From positions 16,033-80,032 of IMG/VR virus record IMGVR_UViG_3300003177_000020: a stretch of DNA of 64,000 bases, one strand, 5' to 3'. The notes beneath the pieces were generated by a model that ran no database searches, was not told the origin of the DNA, and saw only the letters and a list, made by a program, of their open reading frames with translations. Shown here piece by piece: positions 57,979-64,000 of the stretch. Each line of letters starts with the position of its first letter. Position 1 is the first letter of the stretch. This DNA comes from a virus. A program made the translations under genes and the position numbers.

Positions 57979-59249
57979 TGCGTCAGAAATTATTGAAATG
58001 CTTTTTATTTGATAAACACATCCGCGATAGGATTACTTTTAGCGATCCCACAAAGATCCGATTGGATGATTCCAAATCGCATATTGCGTTGAAGCCTCAA
58101 GGTAAAAAGGTGTCAAATGGGAAGATCATTTATCCTTTAGACTCAAACTTATTTGTGCGCATTACACCTACAAACCCGCAAACTTTGAAGGGGTGGTTTG
58201 GATTTTCTGCTACGCCTAGATTTGATCAACAACCACCGCAGACTTTTGTGCGCTATAAATTATCGGATGGTACAAATGATTTTTACTGGGATGGTGTTTC
58301 TTGGGTTGTGGCATTGTTGGCAGATTGGAATACTGAAGCAGAGGTTGCAGCAAATATAAGTTCTTTTCCTGTTTCTAGTGAAAAGCTCGGTGTTGTGATC
58401 AATTTGGAAACAGATGATATTCATGTCACGCCTACCTTGAAAGCTCTTGATCTTTTGATGGAGGTTGAGCTTTCGTATTTGAAGTCCTTGATTGTTTCGC
58501 TTATCCGATCTTTTAGAAACGCGGGTGCTGTGGATGCTAGAACGTCGTTGTATGGGAATGGATCGGATACCATCACGCTTACAGATATTGATCATAACCC
58601 GAATATAGATTCCGTCCTTGGTGTGTACGACGCTGCAAATGATCCAGAATATCAAACAAATTTGTTTCAGTCCTATGATTCTACATCCAAGACCGTAAAA
58701 CTTACAACCACCGTGATTTCAGGCACACCGTTGTTGGTTCGGTACATGCAGAATGTGGAGGTATATTTGAATTTTGCCTCACAGGATTATGTTGAAATTG
58801 AGCGTGTTCCAGCGGTGATTGTTGATCGTTTTACTGTCAGCGGATCGGATGTAGCAGGTCGGTTTGAAGTTGGTGATGTGAATACAAACACGGCTGTTGT
58901 GCGTAAAGATCCTAAAAGGGTGGATTTGCAAATTGGAATCCTTCTTTTATCGGAAAGCAAAGATACTATGTTGAAGTTGATTGACTGGTCGCTTGAACAT
59001 GAAACGAAGAATGCTTTGTTACACTGGCAGGATATTGATGAAAACATAAGCCTCCGTGTTATCGATGAAGCTGTGTTTGCTCCTAGACCAAATTTGAGTG
59101 GATTACATCAAACAAGTTATACTCTTTTACTAGAAAACATTTCTTTGTGGTTGCGTCCTGAAGAAACATACAATCTCATTGAAAGATTGAAATTAACAAT
59201 TACAGGTCAATTTTTAGACGTAGCACCACGATTCACAGGTGTGAAATAG
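57978..59249 (+). CDS. Tail terminator/neck protein with N-terminal beta domain
   Basis: YWDG..W, TP.L; directly upstream of the sheath. Confidence 0.6.
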   Translation: MRQKLLKCFLFDKHIRDRITFSDPTKIRLDDSKSHIALKPQGKKVSNGKIIYPLDSNLFVRITPTNPQTLKGWFGFSATPRFDQQPPQTFVRYKLSDGTNDFYWDGVSWVVALLADWNTEAEVAANISSFPVSSEKLGVVINLETDDIHVTPTLKALDLLMEVELSYLKSLIVSLIRSFRNAGAVDARTSLYGNGSDTITLTDIDHNPNIDSVLGVYDAANDPEYQTNLFQSYDSTSKTVKLTTTVISGTPLLVRYMQNVEVYLNFASQDYVEIERVPAVIVDRFTVSGSDVAGRFEVGDVNTNTAVVRKDPKRVDLQIGILLLSESKDTMLKLIDWSLEHETKNALLHWQDIDENISLRVIDEAVFAPRPNLSGLHQTSYTLLLENISLWLRPEETYNLIERLKLTITGQFLDVAPRFTGVK

Positions 59250-59263
59250 CTCGGAGGATTATT

Positions 59264-61621
59264 ATGGTACAGCGCAGTTTTGGCGCAATACAAAGCGCAG
59301 GTGTTCGATTGACTGAGAAACCCGCACAACCATCTATCGTGGCGTCTGCTTTTGGTACAGTGGCAAAGGTGGGCGTTCTGGAGCGTGGTGCTATCGGTAA
59401 GCTCATCAAAGTTGCAGGTAAGAAAAGCTTGAAGCTGAAAACTGGCAGCTACGTGCCAGACCATTTTTTGCCTGATGGCGCGGATGATCATTATGCACAT
59501 TCCCGTGGTACAGAGCAGATGTTTTTGTACCGTGTGACTGATGGTAGTGAAAAAGAATCTTTTTTGAAGTTGTATGACCGCAAAAATCCACGCAATTTGG
59601 TCGTCGGTTTGAAGGCAAAAAATGGCGGTGGCTGGGGTGGCAGAAAGCAAACATGGGTTGCGGATGTTGCTGTTGCTGATGTTGCGGAGACAACAATTTC
59701 GTTACCCGCAGCCTTGCATCCAATTGAAAAAAATCAATTTGAAGGTGGAAAAGTCTATCTTCCTGATGCGAATGCTGGATCTGGAGCTTCTTTTGAAATT
59801 CTTAGCAATGCAAAAAGTGACGGGCTTACTAAGACAACATTGACTTTGAAGGCAGATTCAAAAGCTGCAACGGCTCTTGGTACTCCTGTGGATACAACTC
59901 CTGAAGTGATCATCGAAGTGCCATCGCGTGATGGTTACAATCAAGAAAAACACTTGGCTGTTGAAGTTCGAGATGGCGCACTGAATCCATCTACAGAATG
60001 GGGCTTGTTTGTATATTTGAATGGTGATCTTGTTCGTGAATATCCAGATCTTTCTAGCGATCCAAATGCTGCAAACTATTTTGTGGATGTGATCAATGAT
60101 GATGGGGGTAACGAATACATCAAAGCACAGGATTATTGGGTTGGTGCTATTACTGCTGATGTTCGTCCTGCAAATCATTTTGGTGCTGTTGATGCTTCCA
60201 AAATTACAGCCACTGTTTTGGATATCGGCACAGCATTGGTTCTTGTGGATGGATCTTTGGCAGGTGCAAATACTATCGCATCTTTTACATTTGGTGCGAA
60301 TGTGATCGAAGATACAATCACTGCGACGTACAATGCTGGTGCTGCAGCATGGGATATTGCTTCGACTGAGTACATGAAAACGCATCAGTTTGCGCAAGCG
60401 ACTGGTGGTGTGCCTTATGCAGCCGATACGGATCGCACAATTGGATTTACGATCACTGAAAATGCTCCGCAAAATGGTGAGAAATTCACACTTAAAGTCA
60501 TCCCACTGGCATCTGGTGAGGCTGTTCGTGGTCGTGTTTATTTGCCAGATGTCACTGCTGCATCCAAAAGTGGTTATGAGATCAAATCAAATACACCTTC
60601 CACTGCAACGATTGTTTCTGGCGATTTGACGCAGGGTGGTACACTTGTGGGATCGATCAAGTATCGTTTGGAATACAAGCAGCAATTTGTGCATGGTTAC
60701 GATGGGATTGCCAGTTTATCTACAAATGATTTTGTGGCTGCATTTGATGTCGCAAACTCTCCATTCAACGATCTCGAAAATCAGGGTGTTGGTTTGGTCA
60801 AATTTTCGGTTGAAGGCATTACGTCTTACAGCGGTGCTGTCGATCCAACACAGGTTCAAAAAGCTGGCATTGCATATTGTGAAGCCAAGAATCACATGTT
60901 CCGAGTTGAAATACCAAACACGATTACAGATGAATTTGCAGCCAAAGATTATGTGCAGAACACAATCGGAAAATCCAATTATTGCAAAGTTGCATTTCCA
61001 TCGTGGGGTACAGTTTCAGATCCCGTTCGAAAGGGCAGAAAAAAAGATATTTCTCTTCTTGGTGCTTTTTCTGGGTTGGAATCCAGATCGGCTCGTGATT
61101 ATCTCGGATACCACAAGGTTGCAGCAGGTGAGAACACTATTCTTTCTCGTGTGATTGCACTTCCAACTGGTGATCGTGTGATCGATGGTGAAATTACAAA
61201 TCCTGCTGGTTTGCAGCGTGTGATCAAAAAGAAAGGAAACTTTGTGTTGTGGGGTGCGAGAATCCCTGCCATTGATAATTCTTTCCGATTTGTTCAACAC
61301 CGCGAACAGTTGTCGTATTACATGCATGTTTTGCAGGAAAATTTTGATTTCATTATTTTTGCAATCAACGACAGTGCTGATGATCCATCTTTGATTGCAG
61401 CATTCAACAATTTCTTTTTACCTGAATGGCGACAAAAACGTGCATTGCAAGGCAGCACTTTCAAGGAAGCAATGGTCTTGAAGATCGACGCGGAAAACAA
61501 TGATGCTGTCACTCGTGCGAATGGTGATAAGGTTGCAGATTTGGAATTGTGGCTTGCTGATACAGTTGAGCGTTTTATTATCAATATCAGCAAAAAAGGT
61601 GTTACCGCAAACATCGCATAA
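59264..61621 (+). CDS. Tail sheath protein
   Basis: GV...E, YRVTDG, A...G.WG, C-terminal WGAR, F..FA.N, N, ERF.I.I. Confidence 0.9.
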   Translation: MVQRSFGAIQSAGVRLTEKPAQPSIVASAFGTVAKVGVLERGAIGKLIKVAGKKSLKLKTGSYVPDHFLPDGADDHYAHSRGTEQMFLYRVTDGSEKESFLKLYDRKNPRNLVVGLKAKNGGGWGGRKQTWVADVAVADVAETTISLPAALHPIEKNQFEGGKVYLPDANAGSGASFEILSNAKSDGLTKTTLTLKADSKAATALGTPVDTTPEVIIEVPSRDGYNQEKHLAVEVRDGALNPSTEWGLFVYLNGDLVREYPDLSSDPNAANYFVDVINDDGGNEYIKAQDYWVGAITADVRPANHFGAVDASKITATVLDIGTALVLVDGSLAGANTIASFTFGANVIEDTITATYNAGAAAWDIASTEYMKTHQFAQATGGVPYAADTDRTIGFTITENAPQNGEKFTLKVIPLASGEAVRGRVYLPDVTAASKSGYEIKSNTPSTATIVSGDLTQGGTLVGSIKYRLEYKQQFVHGYDGIASLSTNDFVAAFDVANSPFNDLENQGVGLVKFSVEGITSYSGAVDPTQVQKAGIAYCEAKNHMFRVEIPNTITDEFAAKDYVQNTIGKSNYCKVAFPSWGTVSDPVRKGRKKDISLLGAFSGLESRSARDYLGYHKVAAGENTILSRVIALPTGDRVIDGEITNPAGLQRVIKKKGNFVLWGARIPAIDNSFRFVQHREQLSYYMHVLQENFDFIIFAINDSADDPSLIAAFNNFFLPEWRQKRALQGSTFKEAMVLKIDAENNDAVTRANGDKVADLELWLADTVERFIINISKKGVTANIA

Positions 61622-61670
61622 TTGGTGCATGATCGTTTTCAATTTTTGACATAAATGTGAGGTTTTTATT

Positions 61671-62117
61671 ATGGGCATCAAAGGCGTATTTCTTCCAGAT
61701 CACGGGCAGCTGAATAAGTATCGTCTGGATATTTTGGGGTTGCCACCATTGACTCCAATTTCCATTACTGGCTTGGAACGTGAGCTTGAAACCACAGAAC
61801 TTCCAGATAAAACAGTGGCAACAGGTGGACGGCAAATGCCTGTTGAATTTGAAATGAAACTTCCTGCACACCATGATCTCGAAATTGCAGCAATGGATTC
61901 GTGGCAGGATGAGTGTGATGAACCTGTTTCACCTACACATAAGAAAATTGCTACTTTGAGTATTTTAGCTCAGAGTGGTCGTGTGGTAAGATCTTACATG
62001 ATCGAAGGTTGCTTTCCTTCAAAGTTGGGGCTTCCTGATTTGGAGTTGAGCAATGAAGGTGAAATGGCAGAACACACATACACTATGAAAGGTGATGGGA
62101 TGCACCGCATTTCTTAA
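61671..62117 (+). CDS. Tail tube protein
   Basis: 148 aa after the sheath; I.GLE.E.E, W, Y...G.FPSK. Confidence 0.85.
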   Translation: MGIKGVFLPDHGQLNKYRLDILGLPPLTPISITGLERELETTELPDKTVATGGRQMPVEFEMKLPAHHDLEIAAMDSWQDECDEPVSPTHKKIATLSILAQSGRVVRSYMIEGCFPSKLGLPDLELSNEGEMAEHTYTMKGDGMHRIS

Positions 62118-62188
62118 TATCCTCCCTCTCCTCCTTGCCTTCATTCCTTCCTTTGCACAATTTATTTATTTTTTGAAAGGGTATTTAC

Positions 62189-63016
62189 ATGAAAAAAACA
62201 ACCGTTGGTGAACTTGGTTGCAATCTTCCTATTGGTTTGATGCGTGATGGGCAGTTACTCAAACGCTTTGAATTGCAACCATTCAAGACCAAAACAGAGC
62301 GTATGTTGGGCGCGTGGCAAAAATCAAATGCGCACTTAGATGAAGGGCAGATTTTGACATCGAAAGTGAGCAAGTTGCTGTCCATGCTTGTGATCAACGT
62401 CGATGCGGAAGGTATGCCAAAAGATCCATTACAGGCAGAAAGATCTATGTATTCTTGGTGGGCTGATGATGTGATGTACGCTTACGTCGTGGCGCGTATT
62501 CAGGCTCTTGGAAATGAGTTTGTGTGGTCTTTTTCATGTAATAAACATGGATGTAAATATTCAACAGATTCAGCAGTTTTTGATTTGAATACACTTGAAG
62601 TTTCTTGTTTGGAAACACCAGATGAGTTACGGCAAAGTATCAATTTGAAGCATCCGTTTATGCTTTCTTCTGGTGAGAAATTGCATCGTGTTACAGTTTC
62701 ACCCTTGCGATGGTCTTCGTTTACTCGTGGCGGTGCAATGCTTGATGCTGCCGTTGGTGCTGGTGATTTTTGGACATTCAGAGATAGCATTTGCGGGATC
62801 AATGGACGCGAAGGAAGTGTTGTTCTTACAGATGACGATATCGATGAATTTTCATTCGAAGATTACAGGCGCATTGAAAAGATCACACAAGATAATTCCG
62901 CAGGGATCTCGCTGCAAACTCATGCCGATTGTCCTGATTGTGGAACCACGAATTATAATATTTTGAACTGGGGATATGATGATTTTTTCGGATCATCTTC
63001 CCTTTTGGTGAAATAG
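62189..63016 (+). CDS. Tail assembly chaperone (Zn-ribbon, duplicated domain)
   Basis: LPIG, D..Y.....RI..LG, C....C, CPDCG, W.YDDFF. Confidence 0.75.
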   Translation: MKKTTVGELGCNLPIGLMRDGQLLKRFELQPFKTKTERMLGAWQKSNAHLDEGQILTSKVSKLLSMLVINVDAEGMPKDPLQAERSMYSWWADDVMYAYVVARIQALGNEFVWSFSCNKHGCKYSTDSAVFDLNTLEVSCLETPDELRQSINLKHPFMLSSGEKLHRVTVSPLRWSSFTRGGAMLDAAVGAGDFWTFRDSICGINGREGSVVLTDDDIDEFSFEDYRRIEKITQDNSAGISLQTHADCPDCGTTNYNILNWGYDDFFGSSSLLVK

Positions 63017-63177
63017 ACGATTTGCTTGAAGAAGCGTATTATCTATCCAAGGTGGGAAGATTTTCTTTTGTTGATGTGTTGGAAATGACCAGTTACGAAC
63101 GGCATAAGATGCTTGATCTTTGTATTGAAAGTGTGAAGCAAGAAAACGACGCATACAAAAAAGCAGGATTGCTTTAG
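62983..63177 (+). CDS. Tail assembly chaperone C-terminal extension (-1 programmed frameshift)
   Basis: Slippery T TTT TTC at 62983-89; -1 frame opens there and reads ...DDLLEEAYYL....F..V.EM...ER...L. Confidence 0.8.
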   Translation, partial: FFRIIFPFGEIDDLLEEAYYLSKVGRFSFVDVLEMTSYERHKMLDLCIESVKQENDAYKKAGLL

Positions 63178-63186
63178 GAGCAGGTT

Positions 63187-64000
63187 GTGGCTCGGATTGG
63201 ATTGAAAGCTACATTATCTTTTGTTGCAGGTGCAGCAGTTTCAAATATCAAAAGAACTGCGACTGCCTTTTCAAAATTGCAACAACAAGCAGAACAAGTG
63301 AAACGCGCCACACAACAAGTAAATCGTGGCATGAGTGATCTTGGGCGTGTTGGTCTTGGTGTGGTTGCTGGTACAGGACTGGCAGTTCGATCTTTTGCTG
63401 CATTTGAGGGTGCTTTTGCAGGTGTGCGATCTATTTTAGCAACAGGTGCTAAAAAAGAGTTTCCACAGTTGAAACAAAAAGCTGAGGAATTAGGAGCCAC
63501 AACAAGTTTTACGGCAACACAAGCAGCATCCGCAATGGAAAGTTTGGCGCGTGCAGGATTGAATGCAAATCAGATTATGAAAGCGATCCCGTCAGTGTTA
63601 AGTGCTGCTGCTGCTGAGGGTATCAGCTTGTCTACAGCTGCGGATATTGCATCCAAAAATATGAAAGCCTTTGGTCTAACGACAAAGGATATTCCACAGA
63701 TTGTTGATACGCTGGCATTTGTATCAAAGAATACCAACTCTTCTATGGTGGGATTGCAAGAAGGTTTGAAGCTTGTAGGTTCAAGTGCTAAGGCGTTGAA
63801 GATAAGTGTTTTTTCTACAACAAAAGCTCTTGGTATTTTGAATGATGTCGGGTTGAATGGATCGCTTGCAGGTACAGCGTTGAATCAAGTGTTGGTTAAG
63901 ATGTCTAAGGCAACAAAAAATGGGGTGATCCCTATTATGTCTGGTCTTTCAGCACGCTTGGAAAAAAATGCTGATGGACTGCGTTGAAAACGATCAAAGA
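63187..64000 (+). CDS. Tape measure protein, N-terminal part (TP901-like core); premature stop at 63987 probably an indel
   Basis: FE....V, A.ELGATT.FTA.QAA.AME.LARAG, L..AAA, L...G..GS.AGTAL. Confidence 0.9.

Noticed and set aside
532-63500. Numerous antisense and off-frame ORFs in the ORF track (e.g. 532-1128, 38455-39093, 40528-41130, 59858-60472)
   Set aside because: They shadow well-supported genes and have no RBS or recognisable motifs
63993-64000. Window begins and ends with ATCAAAGA (circularity or terminal repeat)
   Set aside because: Only 8 bp, the window length is arbitrary, and baseplate, fiber and primase genes are missing, so the genome continues
1-64000. tRNA, rRNA, integrase, transposase or reverse transcriptase
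   Set aside because: None recognised by eye; a tRNAscan/HMM run would be needed to exclude divergent ones

Overview
This 64-kb window is part of a large, AT-rich (~40% GC by eye) tailed dsDNA phage with a contractile tail; no integrase, tRNA or CRISPR array is seen. Left to right: (1) 1-20.7 kb, + strand replication/recombination block: end of a DnaB-like helicase, MoxR AAA/linker/vWA module, UDG-exonuclease-family A DNA polymerase, UvsY-like protein, gp32-like SSB, 5'-3' exonuclease, RecA, SbcD/SbcC, ParB-methyltransferase fusion, RuvC, KTSC. (2) 20.8-26.1 kb: HTH terminase-small-subunit candidate, then a probable genome-end/early region of repeated promoter + small-ORF cassettes. (3) 26.2-38.2 kb, mostly - strand accessory genes: ART-like protein, HU, AcrVA2-like protein, MazG, divergent beta clamp. 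(4) 38.3-43.9 kb: holin-like gene, iteron-like repeat array, GH46-like lysin, ThyX, DUF3310, antirepressor. (5) 43.9-64 kb: terminase, portal, head, neck, sheath, tube, tail chaperone with a -1 frameshift, start of the tape measure. The best candidate for a new system is a GATC-centred epigenetic circuit. GATC is about 3x over-represented, sits at an identical position in the spacer of five sigma70-type promoters and forms phased clusters upstream. The phage has three methyltransferase-like genes, one embedded in the prohead protease between predicted protease cleavage sites. Other highlights: poly-Arg tags on many unrelated proteins, a shared C-terminal W-x-G-I-F head motif, SSB-tail mimics and a conserved SD-hairpin 13-mer. 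At least ten genes carry frameshifts or deletions, so the assembly is probably error-prone. All family assignments are by motif recognition, not database search.
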